Shown: piece after piece, positions 29,153-38,899 of the stretch
Layout of the letters: each line of letters opens with the position of its first letter
Position numbering within the stretch: position 1 is the first letter of the stretch
DNA from: an uncultured Acidobacteriaceae bacterium
GTDB lineage: Bacteria; Acidobacteriota; Terriglobia; Terriglobales; Acidobacteriaceae
Assembly: GCA_963709045.1 (NCBI GenBank)
Contig: CAVPUX010000003.1
Coordinates: 8,065-72,064, forward strand
Length of the DNA: 64,000 nt
Direction of reading: 5' to 3'
Notes under the pieces: generated by a model
Databases searched by the model: none
What the model saw: only the letters and a program-made list of their open reading frames with translations
What the model was told of the DNA's origin: nothing
Made by a program: the position numbers and the translations under genes

Positions 29153-29527
29153 ATGGTGCTAACCGTTCGTATTGCCGGAGGCTGGTTCTACCGCATGCGC
29201 CGCTTGCTGGCGACGCTATGTATTGGCGCGCTGGCCGTCTTCATCGGTTATAAGGTGATCTTCGGCGCTAACGGCATGAAGGTCTACGAAGACAAGCGAG
29301 CCGAAGCGGTCCGACTCCAACAGCAGATTGGGGACGAAAAAACCCTAAACGAGCAACTGCAGCGCCAGGTCGATAGCCTGCAACGGGAAGATCCCAGCGC
29401 CATCGAAAAAGAAGCGCGCGAACAACTTGGATACGTGAAGCCAGGTGAGATCGTATTGGTCGAACCGCAGGCTAAATCCGACACCCGGCGCGCTCCCGCA
29501 GTTGCCGAGAGTACCAACCCGAAGTAG
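29153..29527 (+). CDS. ftsB: septum formation initiator (FtsB/DivIC family)
   Basis: One TM helix, a coiled coil (AEAVRLQQQIGDEKTLNEQLQRQVDSL), then the conserved IEKEAREQLGYVKPGEIV. Confidence 0.85.
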   Translation: MVLTVRIAGGWFYRMRRLLATLCIGALAVFIGYKVIFGANGMKVYEDKRAEAVRLQQQIGDEKTLNEQLQRQVDSLQREDPSAIEKEAREQLGYVKPGEIVLVEPQAKSDTRRAPAVAESTNPK

Positions 29528-29817
29528 CAAGGCCAACTCTAAGATAGATGTAATGCGCTTAAGCCGATCTTCGAGCGCTGATTCCGCGGCACCACGTTTT
29601 TTCCGCGTAAGTCCACGTTCTGGAATAAACTTGTCGGCAGCAGAATCTGTGGGGGCTTGTGCCTCGTACCTCACGTGGGGTGGAGGCGCCAAGGTGAACA
29701 ACCGGGTTTGCCCGGTATGAGGAGCGACCTCGGCGATTTTCGTCTGGCACTGGCTGGCTTCCCCCTCTTATGAACAAGCTCAGGCCGCCTGGCGGCACTT
29801 CAAGAGGAGACTCAACT

Positions 29818-30183
29818 ATGAAAAAGAGAGTGTTGTTGGTAATCGGGCTCTATTTGTGCAGTATGACCGTACTGGCGGCCGCGAAGGACATGAGCTGGAG
29901 CGGCTGGGTCAGCGATTCAAAATGTGGCGCGAAGGGTGCGAGTGCGGACCACGCCGCCTGCGCCAAGAAATGCATCGCAGCGGGCGAAAAACCGGTGTTG
30001 GTGACCGACAAAGACCAGAAGGTGGTTGCCATTGACAATCCGGATGCTCTCGCTGGCCATGAAGGCCATCATGTGGAAGTGATGGGTAAGATGACCGACA
30101 GTGGCACGCTGCACGTGGATAAGGTCAAGATGCTGGCTCAGTCTGGCGGTACTGGCGGTGCCATGAACGACATGCAGCACTGA
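29818..30183 (+). CDS. small exported Cys-containing protein, function unknown
   Basis: AGAGGAGA RBS and signal peptide MKKRVLLVIGLYLCSMTVLAAA. Four Cys (SKCGAKG..HAACAKKC). Confidence 0.75.
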   Translation: MKKRVLLVIGLYLCSMTVLAAAKDMSWSGWVSDSKCGAKGASADHAACAKKCIAAGEKPVLVTDKDQKVVAIDNPDALAGHEGHHVEVMGKMTDSGTLHVDKVKMLAQSGGTGGAMNDMQH

Positions 30184-30241
30184 GTTTGACGACGCTTGTG
30201 GCAAGTCGCAGGCAGAGTCAGTTGCTCCAGCTTGCTAAGGA

Positions 30242-30272
30242 CCCCGCCCACTTGGGCGGGGTTCGTACTTTT
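30242..30272 (+). terminator. Rho-independent terminator
   Basis: ccccgccc-actt-gggcgggg (8-bp GC stem) followed by ttcgtactttt. Confidence 0.8.
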
Positions 30273-30523
30273 ACAGGGGCTATGCTAAAGTTCCGTTACT
30301 TGCCGCCAGACTCAACGCGGCAGTTTTCAGGGGACAACTTCTCAACCTCCCAAGCGATCAAAAGCAGGGGTAGCTCTTCCATTTGATTCGAAACACGCCG
30401 TCGAGTTTGTCGGTGTCAGGGAGCCGACGGTGCTGTAGTCTCCCGGCTGTTGGACTCGATACACGGCGCTCGTGTCGGACATTGACGGCGAACGGGGTAA
30501 GACACTCAGAGGTGCAGGTAACG

Positions 30524-31330
30524 ATGCTTAACCGCGGCGGAGCAGGTTCCGAACGGCACAACCTGGGGAGTCGGTTTGCCGGAGGCGCAATTGTTGTAAT
30601 CATCGCCTTGCTTGGCGGGCAAATGTCCGCGACAGCGCAAGTCTCGGATCCGAACACTCCTCCGCCTTTGCCGAACAGCCCGACGCAGACGTCGGCTGCG
30701 GCGGCTAAAAAGAACCGGCAGGTACCAGAGGCGAAAGTCCTCGACAAGCGATCGTTCTTCTTTCCTGACATAGCTCATGGCAGTCAGCCGCTGACCTCCA
30801 GCGACAAGTTCCGTCTCGCCCTCGCCAACAGCGTCTCTCCCGCCACCTTTCTTGGATCGGCATTCGCTGCCGGGTTTGGGCAGGCGGCGAATACACCTGC
30901 AGGCTACGGCCAAGGCGCCAGCGCCTATGGTCAGCGATTTGGTGCTGCCATGGCGAACCGCGCCAGTTCGAATCTGCTTGGAAACTTCTTCTTGTGCTCG
31001 GTACTGCATGACGATCCACGTTTCTTTGTAATGGGCGATGGAAGTTTGAAGCAAAGCATCAAGTATGCTCTGCGAAGAGTTGTAATCATTAGAAAAGACA
31101 ACGGTGGAGAAGCCTTCAATTGGCCTGGGATCGTGGCCCCGTTGGGCGCAGCCGGAATCGCGAACACGTACTGGCCGGATGCTCAAAAAGGCGCAGGCTA
31201 CACCTTCAAAGCCTATGGCTGGGCTCTGGCGGGTTCTGCCGGAGTGAATCTGCTGAAGGAGTACTGGCCGACCATAACGAGAAAGGTGCTGGTGCCCCTG
31301 GGGATCGCGCATGAACCAAACCAACCGTGA
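30524..31330 (+). CDS. exported/membrane protein, function unknown
   Basis: Met48 of track ORF. MLNRGG...GGAIVVIIALLGGQMSATAQ signal-anchor, then a Pro-rich linker. Confidence 0.65.
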   Translation: MLNRGGAGSERHNLGSRFAGGAIVVIIALLGGQMSATAQVSDPNTPPPLPNSPTQTSAAAAKKNRQVPEAKVLDKRSFFFPDIAHGSQPLTSSDKFRLALANSVSPATFLGSAFAAGFGQAANTPAGYGQGASAYGQRFGAAMANRASSNLLGNFFLCSVLHDDPRFFVMGDGSLKQSIKYALRRVVIIRKDNGGEAFNWPGIVAPLGAAGIANTYWPDAQKGAGYTFKAYGWALAGSAGVNLLKEYWPTITRKVLVPLGIAHEPNQP

Positions 31331-31735
31331 ATCAGTTGATAACACAGGGCTGTCATGGGGATCGTGGGACAGGATCTCGCTGCGGGGCAGTGCCAGAGAA
31401 TTGCGTGTGAGTACTCACTTTTGGTTTGGTTTCAGATAACGCCATGGATGCGGCTTCCGGATATGGGCAGTTGAGGCAAAGCGCGTTGCTTAGCCTGCAA
31501 CTTACGCGCAATATTCATATTTTTTTCCTTGACCCGGACAGAACCGTTGTCCTAACCTTAGTCCCACTGATCGCGCCGCAACGTAAGTAGCCACTCACGT
31601 CTCACTCTTCCAAGTAATCTGCTTTCTTAAGGCAGTGAAGTCTTTAACGTGGGTGGTGCCGAGTTGACGGGCGATGTCGGCCGTAAATTGGTTCGCGAAG
31701 CTGTGTGGTTTCATTGTGGGTAGGACAACAAAGCT

Positions 31736-32314
31736 ATGTCTGTGGCCAAACAATATCTGCCAGGAGATTTAAGCGCCGCGATGTCTTCATCGGCCCCATT
31801 GGTCGGCTCGTCTGAAGAGTCGCTGAAGTGGTTTGCTGTTTATACGACTCCCCGTCATGAAAAGGCAGTTGCCCGGCACTTCGAATTCCGCAGAATTGAG
31901 TCTTTCCTGCCTCTTTACATGGAGATGCACCGCTGGAAGAACGGCTGTCGCGTCAATGTTGAGCAGCCTTTGTTCCCCGGCTATGTCTTCGCGCGAATCG
32001 GACGATCTAGCTCAACCCAGGTGCTCTCCGTACCCGGAGTCCTGCTGATCCTTGGATCCGGCCGCGAACCGCTCCCCCTGCCGGACTTCGAAGTCGAGGC
32101 GTTGCGCTCCGGTCTGCACCTTCGCAAGTTTGAACCTCATCCGTACCTGATTGTAGGCGAGAAAGCGCGTATCAAGTCTGGATCACTGGCTGGCATGGTT
32201 GGTGTTTTGGCCCGCAAGAAAAATAACTTACGGGTTGTGCTCACCCTGGAGCTGATCAGGCGAAGCGTGGCCGTCGAAGTCGATGCTGATGAGTTGGAGC
32301 GGGTTCCTGCGTAA
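31736..32314 (+). CDS. specialised NusG-family transcription antiterminator paralogue (UpxY/RfaH-like)
   Basis: NGN domain WFAVYTTPRHEKAVARHFEFRRIESFLPLY...PLFPGYVFARI. KOW-like GEKARIKSGSLAGMVGVLAR. Too short and divergent to be the housekeeping NusG, and it has no secE/rplK context. Confidence 0.8.
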   Translation: MSVAKQYLPGDLSAAMSSSAPLVGSSEESLKWFAVYTTPRHEKAVARHFEFRRIESFLPLYMEMHRWKNGCRVNVEQPLFPGYVFARIGRSSSTQVLSVPGVLLILGSGREPLPLPDFEVEALRSGLHLRKFEPHPYLIVGEKARIKSGSLAGMVGVLARKKNNLRVVLTLELIRRSVAVEVDADELERVPA

Positions 32315-32412
32315 GTCGAATTTCCCCTGTCGTTGACGATCGACGCCTGGAAACCCAAGTCTTTACCGAGATACAGCCATTATTCCGATGGTTGGATTTT
32401 CCGCCCGGATTG

Positions 32413-33981
32413 TTACACGCCGACCGGGAATGGCTTGGCGCTGTGCTCCTCGCCGCGCTCGCGCACCAAGCTGTCAAAGCGGCCCTGTAGTAGCGACATC
32501 AATCCGGTGTACCAGTATCCGAAGACGAACAGGAACAAAAATGGCACCGTGATGTAATTTTCGTTCGCGATGGCGTACCAGACGGTCAACGCAAAATAGG
32601 TGCCAATCAGCAACTCAATATAGGGAACCCACCCCAGACGCTTGCGATACTTTTTCGCCGCTACGGCCTTGTCACTCTTGTTCACGACGCGGTATTTCGG
32701 AGTGCGTACAAACGCGCTCTGCTGGCCGATGAGCGCCTCCAGCACCGCCTTGCTGTTGGTGATGGTTAATCCTATGCCCAGCGCCATCAGGGGAGGCAGA
32801 TACCAGATGGTGCGATACCAGGTCCGCGGGAAAAGCTCTTTCTGCGAAACCAGGTAGAAGCTGGAGATCGAAAACGTCGAGGCCAGGAACAGGGGCAAGT
32901 CGATGTACACCATCTGGAACCAGCCCTGATAAAAGCGAATAATCATCGCCGGCAACAGTAGCGTGCTGAGTACGATCATCAGCGGATAGCTGATGTTCGC
33001 GGTCAGGTGATACCAGGCTTCCCATTTCTCGCGGCGCGAGACATCCGCCCGCAGCACCTTGGGCAAGTCTTTCTTGGCGCATTGGATCAGCCCCTTGGCC
33101 CAGCGCGCCTGCTGCGTCTTGAACGCCGTCATCTCGATGGGCAACTCAGCGGGGCATTCCACGTCCTGCAGGTAGCGGAATTTCCATCCCTTCAACTGCG
33201 AGCGGTAGCTCAGGTCGGTATCTTCGGTTAGCGTGTCGTGCTCCCAGCCTCCGGCATCGTCAATGGCTTGGCGCCGCCACATCCCGGCTGTCCCGTTGAA
33301 GTTGAAGAAGACGCCGGCACGCGAGCGGCCGCCATGTTCGAGGACGAAATGGCCATCGAGCAGGATAGCCTCGACCTGCGTCAGATACGAATAGCTACGG
33401 TTCAGGTGCGTCCAGCGCGTCTGCACCATGCCGATTTCCGGATCGGCAAAGTGGTGGATGACTCTCATCAGCCACTCGGGCTGCGGGGTGAAATCGGCAT
33501 CAAAGATGGCCACGAACTCGCTGGTCGATACCTTCAGGCCGGCATCGAGTGCGCCCGCCTTGAAGCCCTCGCGGTTGGTGCGGTGGTGATAGGTAATGTT
33601 GTGGCCCATCGCGGCATAGCGATCCACCACTTCCCGAGCGACTTCCACGGTCTCATCTGTGGAATCGTCGAGCACCTGGATTTCCAGCTTATCGAGCGGA
33701 TATTCCATCTTGCAGACGCATTCCACCAGCCGGTCAATGACGTATTGCTCATTGAAGATCGGCAGCTGAATGGTGACCCGGGGCAATTCGGTGAAGTGCG
33801 AGGTGGGCTCAATCGCCTTGTTCTTGCGGTGCTTATAGTACAAGTAAACCAACTGATACCGGTGCATTCCGTAAAAGGCCAGCAGTATCAGCACGACGAA
33901 ATACGGTATGAGCAACGCCATATCGAAGGCGTTGGCGTGATATAGCCCCTTAAATGTCGGATCCAGAAAATGAGACCTCAT
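32413..33981 (-). CDS. processive family-2 glycosyltransferase (cellulose-synthase/CslA-like, multi-TM)
   Basis: Met70 of track ORF. GT2 motifs QLPIFNEQYV, VLDDSTD, FDADF, TEDTDLS and QQARWAKG (QxxRW), flanked by TM helices. Confidence 0.85.
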   Translation of the reverse strand: MRSHFLDPTFKGLYHANAFDMALLIPYFVVLILLAFYGMHRYQLVYLYYKHRKNKAIEPTSHFTELPRVTIQLPIFNEQYVIDRLVECVCKMEYPLDKLEIQVLDDSTDETVEVAREVVDRYAAMGHNITYHHRTNREGFKAGALDAGLKVSTSEFVAIFDADFTPQPEWLMRVIHHFADPEIGMVQTRWTHLNRSYSYLTQVEAILLDGHFVLEHGGRSRAGVFFNFNGTAGMWRRQAIDDAGGWEHDTLTEDTDLSYRSQLKGWKFRYLQDVECPAELPIEMTAFKTQQARWAKGLIQCAKKDLPKVLRADVSRREKWEAWYHLTANISYPLMIVLSTLLLPAMIIRFYQGWFQMVYIDLPLFLASTFSISSFYLVSQKELFPRTWYRTIWYLPPLMALGIGLTITNSKAVLEALIGQQSAFVRTPKYRVVNKSDKAVAAKKYRKRLGWVPYIELLIGTYFALTVWYAIANENYITVPFLFLFVFGYWYTGLMSLLQGRFDSLVRERGEEHSAKPFPVGV

Positions 33982-34279
33982 GTAATGGCGCAAGCCATGA
34001 GGTTCCACCAGCAGACTGCTAATCAAGTTGAATGTGCGGCTCAGGGAATGTAATCTCCGCGAGAAAGATAGCAGAGGGTGCGCCACGCCGCAGCAAGCAA
34101 TTGCGAACAGCACCCTAACCGCTCGATTGTACCCGACGCGACCGCTGCAAACGGCGGAACTTATAGTTACTGAAATTGGAACTACCAAATAACCCAGAAT
34201 TGGCCCGTTTCTCCATGAAGCCGCTCCCTACGTTGACTCTTATCCCCGAACGGCTAACAATGAAAACAACCGGAATCCG

Positions 34280-35962
34280 ATGCGCTTGCCAGCGATAGTT
34301 CTTGCACTACTCGGTTGTCTCCTGAGCTGCCCGTTCTTTCTAAACGGGCAAGCGGCTTCGTCTGCCACCGGCCCAGTGGCCAACTCGGCCGCAGCTGCGT
34401 CACGATATCCCGAGCAGGCGTACCTGTCGCCCACGCGCTACGCCAACGAATTTTTCGGCTTCGCGTTTGATCTGCCAGCCAACGCGCGTCTGCTGCCGAT
34501 TCCGGAGCCAGTCGCCCCTGATGGGCGCATTCAACTGTTGCAATTGGGTGGTCCAGCGCCCGACGACGCAAGCGTTTCGATCGCTGCTCTTCCGCCCGGG
34601 GGAAGAGGAGCTTTGGATGCGAAGGTTGTGCTTCGCAGAGCGCTTGACCAGGAATTGTTCCGGGGTGTCGAGGAACTTCGCGGACTCTCGAAGACCACGC
34701 TCGCCGGCCACCAGTTCTACTTCTACGAGACTCGGCGTGGGATTGATCAACACATGCTGGCCGGGGCGAATCTCGACGGCTATGTGGTGCTCATGCAACT
34801 GGGCGCGCACAACGAGAGCATGATGAAAGAGCTGGAATCGTCTCTGCAACACATCGTATTCTTCGCGCCCGCGCAGGTTCGTCAGTACGTTACGGCGGAT
34901 GCTCAGGCGTATGAAGGCCCGGCGATCTCGTCGCATCGCCTGGCCCAGTTGGAAGCCGACCCGCCGAAAACGCATATTGCTCCGGGCAAAATCGAGGGCG
35001 GCGTCTACCGCAATCCAGCGCTTGGCTTCAGCTACCAGGTCCCTTCGGGATGGGTGGCAGAAGCGGAGGGCGCTGTGCTGCCTGCCATCGAGCGAGCACG
35101 CGAGAGTAGTGCGCTGGATGGATTGCTCGGCGGGGGACCGGATGCGGGTGCTGCTGAGCGTCAACTACTGAAAGCGTGCAGCCGCACCTTGTTTTCGGTG
35201 TGGGCGAAGCGACCCGAACCTGATGGGCAGATCCCCTACGACGATTTTGGCGAGGTAACGCTCTCGGCGATATCGGCAGAGTGTTTTCCCGGGGTGAAAT
35301 TTCCCGCCACCTCAACCGACGCGCAGGCAGCTCGGGATTTCTTATTGCTCATCGGGCTTACCCACCCGATCCTGCGCGACATGCGCGACGCTAAAGCATT
35401 CACCTCACAGGGCACGGTCTTTCTGTTGCTCCACGGCAACGTAGGCTTCAAAGTTCCGAATGACGAACTCTCGCGACGGTTATCGATTGCGATGGCCATT
35501 ACCCAGCATCAAGGCTACCTGCTGACCTGGTTTTTCGCCGCCCCTCATGACAGCGAGTTGCAGCAATTGCTGGCCGAGAGAGTGAGCTTCGATCCGCCTA
35601 CGACCAAGGATTCCCACGCCACACAAGCCGCTAGAGGCGGAGTGGCTGGCAGTGAGGGTGGTCAGGGCACGGCGACAAGTACGAATTCTGTTGCAGGATC
35701 ATCATCGCAACCGGCCGGAAGCTCCGGCTCGGTAACGAGCGCAAACCTGCCCGGCGGCGGCTCGACCGTAGATAGTGATCCTTCCACAGCCGCGGCTGGC
35801 CAAAACGGAGCCTCGAATTCGAGCCCAGCAGCCCCCGATGCTTCGACGCAGTCGCAGAACGATTCTTCCAGTGCGTCGCACCCAACACGTCCAAGCTTGC
35901 TTCGTCCGGGCGAAACCGTGCAAAGCCAGCAAGGAAGTGGAGCGCCGGTTAAGAAGCACTAA
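34280..35962 (+). CDS. exported protein with two PsbP/DcrB-like modules and a Ser/Gly/Ala-rich tail, function unknown
   Basis: Signal peptide LPAIVLALLGCLLSCPFFLNGQA. Repeated FGFAFDLPANA / LGFSYQVPSGW module starts. Low-complexity C-terminal 130 aa. Confidence 0.7.
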   Translation: MRLPAIVLALLGCLLSCPFFLNGQAASSATGPVANSAAAASRYPEQAYLSPTRYANEFFGFAFDLPANARLLPIPEPVAPDGRIQLLQLGGPAPDDASVSIAALPPGGRGALDAKVVLRRALDQELFRGVEELRGLSKTTLAGHQFYFYETRRGIDQHMLAGANLDGYVVLMQLGAHNESMMKELESSLQHIVFFAPAQVRQYVTADAQAYEGPAISSHRLAQLEADPPKTHIAPGKIEGGVYRNPALGFSYQVPSGWVAEAEGAVLPAIERARESSALDGLLGGGPDAGAAERQLLKACSRTLFSVWAKRPEPDGQIPYDDFGEVTLSAISAECFPGVKFPATSTDAQAARDFLLLIGLTHPILRDMRDAKAFTSQGTVFLLLHGNVGFKVPNDELSRRLSIAMAITQHQGYLLTWFFAAPHDSELQQLLAERVSFDPPTTKDSHATQAARGGVAGSEGGQGTATSTNSVAGSSSQPAGSSGSVTSANLPGGGSTVDSDPSTAAAGQNGASNSSPAAPDASTQSQNDSSSASHPTRPSLLRPGETVQSQQGSGAPVKKH

Positions 35963-36121
35963 GGCAGACGCTTCAGCCGCAACCAATTTTTTTCTACGTC
36001 GTAACAAATCTGTGACAAATACGCAGTCGCGCAAACCTACCATGTTGAGGTCGTTCAACACGATTGATCACATGACGTCTGTGTTTGAGATACCTGTCTT
36101 AACTTAGAGAACGGAGTGAAT

Positions 36122-37357
36122 ATGAAAGACATATTCGTATGCCGGCTTGCGGCTGTAGGCCTCCTCTGCTTGTTGGGTTTGGTTTCGTCTGCTAGCGCAG
36201 GCGACCGACGGCCCGCACACTCTAGAATCAAACAGCTGCCTGTCGAGCTGTCGGAGCCAACCGGTCCCTCGGTGGGGCAAGGCATTCTGATACAAGATAT
36301 GTTTGGTGGCGAAATCTTCGGCTACGATGTCGATCACGGCGGCACCGAAGGCTTGCTGAGCGAAGCGCTGTTGCAGCCGGATGGAAAATACACCATCGCG
36401 ACGGAGACCTTCGATCAGGTCACGGGCAGGATCATCTCAGTGGTTGAACTTGTGACCGACACCAACGACGATTTCATCACGCTGGGCGTGTTGGGGGTCA
36501 CCGCGGGCGCAGGCGGCGTAAGGGGTGGCGCAGGCGCCCACATGGACCATATCGGTCTCCGCGAACAGGAGCACGTGCAGGGGCTATTCGTCACCAGCCG
36601 CACCTACAATCTCATGAACCCGCTCTCGGGCAACATGTTTACCGGCGCGTGGACACCTCCGATTGACGACCACACACAGTTTTTTGAGGATGTCGAAGGC
36701 AATCAGGGTGCGCCCGGCGTCGCTGTCATGGCGTCCACTCAAGAGTGCTGTGGCCGCTTTGTGTTCGGTTCCAATTTAGGGGCGAATACCTTTGGGCCAA
36801 TCGTAAATCTCCAGGACCCCATCTTCACCGGCGGAGTTCCTCCGCTGCTGGCGTATGACAGTACGACCAATCAGGCGGTGTTAGCGCAAGCCCAGGGAGC
36901 GCCGTTCACTATCCCCCAGATTATCCTGGTCAATCTCACGACTACCGCTATCACGGAGTTTGGAGGTCATGGATTCGGATACGTGAACGGGTTGGCGGTG
37001 GACTCGGCTACCGGTATCGCCTGCACTACGACGGAGACCGACAATAACGCCGAGTTCTACAACCTGGCCACCAGGACTGGATTCATTGTCGCCCTGCCGT
37101 TTATAGGGCAGTACTCTGGCGCGACGGTTGCTGTCGATCCCGTGCACAAGCTATTTCTGATTACTCACCCGGTTCCCGGATCTCCGGGCCAGATCCATGT
37201 GTACGACGAGAACGGAAACATGATTGAGTCGCTGCGTAACTTTCAGTTCGGCCCCGGAGGAGCGACGATCGCCTTGAATCCCAATACCCGAACTGGATAC
37301 GTGCTGGCTGCCGGGCATGGCGGAGCCAATTCGGCGCTGCAGTCGTTTACGTACTAA
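36122..37357 (+). CDS. exported protein, probable beta-propeller, function unknown
   Basis: ACGGAG RBS plus ATG at 36122 and signal peptide LAAVGLLCLLGLVSSASA. Repetitive beta-rich sequence. Confidence 0.7.
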   Translation: MKDIFVCRLAAVGLLCLLGLVSSASAGDRRPAHSRIKQLPVELSEPTGPSVGQGILIQDMFGGEIFGYDVDHGGTEGLLSEALLQPDGKYTIATETFDQVTGRIISVVELVTDTNDDFITLGVLGVTAGAGGVRGGAGAHMDHIGLREQEHVQGLFVTSRTYNLMNPLSGNMFTGAWTPPIDDHTQFFEDVEGNQGAPGVAVMASTQECCGRFVFGSNLGANTFGPIVNLQDPIFTGGVPPLLAYDSTTNQAVLAQAQGAPFTIPQIILVNLTTTAITEFGGHGFGYVNGLAVDSATGIACTTTETDNNAEFYNLATRTGFIVALPFIGQYSGATVAVDPVHKLFLITHPVPGSPGQIHVYDENGNMIESLRNFQFGPGGATIALNPNTRTGYVLAAGHGGANSALQSFTY

Positions 37358-37363
37358 GAGCAA

Positions 37364-37419
37364 TTAGCAGTTAGCTCTTAGCTGTTAGCAATTAGCTCTT
37401 AGCCGTTAGCTTTTAGCCT
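37364..37419. repeat. eight tandem TTAGCNN heptads (unpaired array)
   Basis: ttagcag ttagctc ttagctg ttagcaa ttagctc ttagccg ttagctt ttagcct in exact 7-nt register. Confidence 0.9.
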
Positions 37420-37568
37420 TAACGATTGGCGCTCATCGATGAAGGGCGCGGCGTTCGGGCGGCGGTGTCGGAGCTCTATATTTTTGTCATCACGAACAGG
37501 CTTTAGGCGGTGAGGGATCTGTTCTTCTGATTTTTCTGCGGGCTTGCTTTGAACGAAACTGCCAGTAG

Positions 37569-38790
37569 CTACAGTTTCGGCTGAGGTGGTTTCTCTCTGG
37601 CGCCGTCGTCGGTGCGCAGCGCCCGGATGACGTTCTCTACTTGGGCCTCGAATTTGTGCGGATCCTGCTCCCAGCCGGTGAAGTCGGCTGCCAGGCGTGA
37701 GCGGACGGGCTTCGCCTTCCCGCTTTGCCATTTGAACAGGTGGCCGTCAAGGTTTAACGGGATCAGGGCGAGCACCTTCTGCTTGCGCTCTTTCATCAGC
37801 AGGCGTTCTTTTTCGAAGGCAGTGTCAATTTCGTTGTCCACCCACCAGCTCGCCAGCGAGTGCTCGGAGCAGCAGAGCAGGACCTTGTCCCACATGCGGA
37901 TGCCGTGGTCCACCTGTTCGTAGATGTCGTCGCCGGGCAGGAGCTGCTTTTCGTCCAGCCAGCAGCGTATGCCGCGGCCCTGCAGCGTGTCGTGCAGGCG
38001 GCGGGCAAACAACTTGTCCTCGTGACTGTAGCTGATGAAGCAGGAGTAGAAGTCGATGGGGCTGACCACCAGCGAGTGCATGTATTCGATGAAGTTCTCG
38101 GGGACGCCACAGCCGCGCAGGAAGACCTCGGGAATCTTGCCGCGCGGATTTGTAGATGGTGTCGATGCCGATGGTGGACGGCCCGCCGTGGCCGACGGTT
38201 TCGAGACCCTTGGCAGCACTAAGATCAACGCTAGCAAAGTATGTTCCTGACTGCATAACGCTCTGGCAGAAGTCCGTCCTGTCGAGGGTCGCCCCGCTGA
38301 GGTCCGCCGCACGCAGGTCGGCCTCGCTGAGGTTCGCACCGACCAGGACGGTGTCCCGGAGGTCTGCCCACCCGAGGTTCGCCCCACTAAGGTTCGCTTC
38401 GATAAGGCGCGCTCCAATGAGATTTGCCCCGCTGAGGTTCGCCTGCGCTGAGGTCTGCCTCGCTCAGGTCGGCCCGCGGAGGTCCGCCTCGCTGAGATCC
38501 GCGCCACGCGAGGTTCGCTCCGCTGAGGTTCGTCTTGCGGAGGTCCGCCCCGCTGAGGTTCGCCTTGATGGGGTCCGCTCGGTCGAGGTTCGCATCCGTG
38601 AGGTTCGTCTCTGCTGAGATCCGTCCATGAAGAGCTTCACCCCGTTGAGCTTTAGTCTATGAGGTCTGCCCGGTCAAAGTTCGCCTCGCGGAGGTCCGCG
38701 CCGCTATCGCGCTCAGCGATGTTCCTTCCTCCACTTATTCCATTGCTCGACCCCTTGCTTGAGGATTTTGAGATGTTCAGGGTTCGCCAT
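37569..38790 (-). pseudogene. pentapeptide-repeat / TIR-domain protein gene, disrupted by at least six frame changes and in-frame stops
   Basis: Pieces read on the minus strand in three frames, in order.
- MANPEHLKILKQGVEQWNKWRKEH (ATG at 38790).
- IAERDSGADLREANFDRADLID-stop.
- [12 protein letters not shown].
- [39 protein letters not shown].
- [10 protein letters not shown], then [10 protein letters not shown].
- [61 protein letters not shown]...IDTIYKSAR.
- [17 protein letters not shown]...[43 protein letters not shown]...[15 protein letters not shown] (TIR) to the stop at 37569. Confidence 0.8.
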
Positions 38791-38899
38791 GGCCGCGTGA
38801 CCTCGCTTGCTTCCGCGATGCTACGGATGATCTTGGATGGCCACACTCTATGCGACGGCTCCTAGCCAGTCAACATGGGATCGCAAATCTCTGAGCGCG

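Noticed and set aside
38156-38617. 153-aa plus-strand ORF with a striking RFAPLRFA-type periodic sequence, and the minus ORF 37399-37731
   Set aside because: The periodicity is the antisense image of the pentapeptide repeats of the decayed TIR gene. ORF 37399-37731 reads through the TTAGC heptads. Neither is an independent gene.
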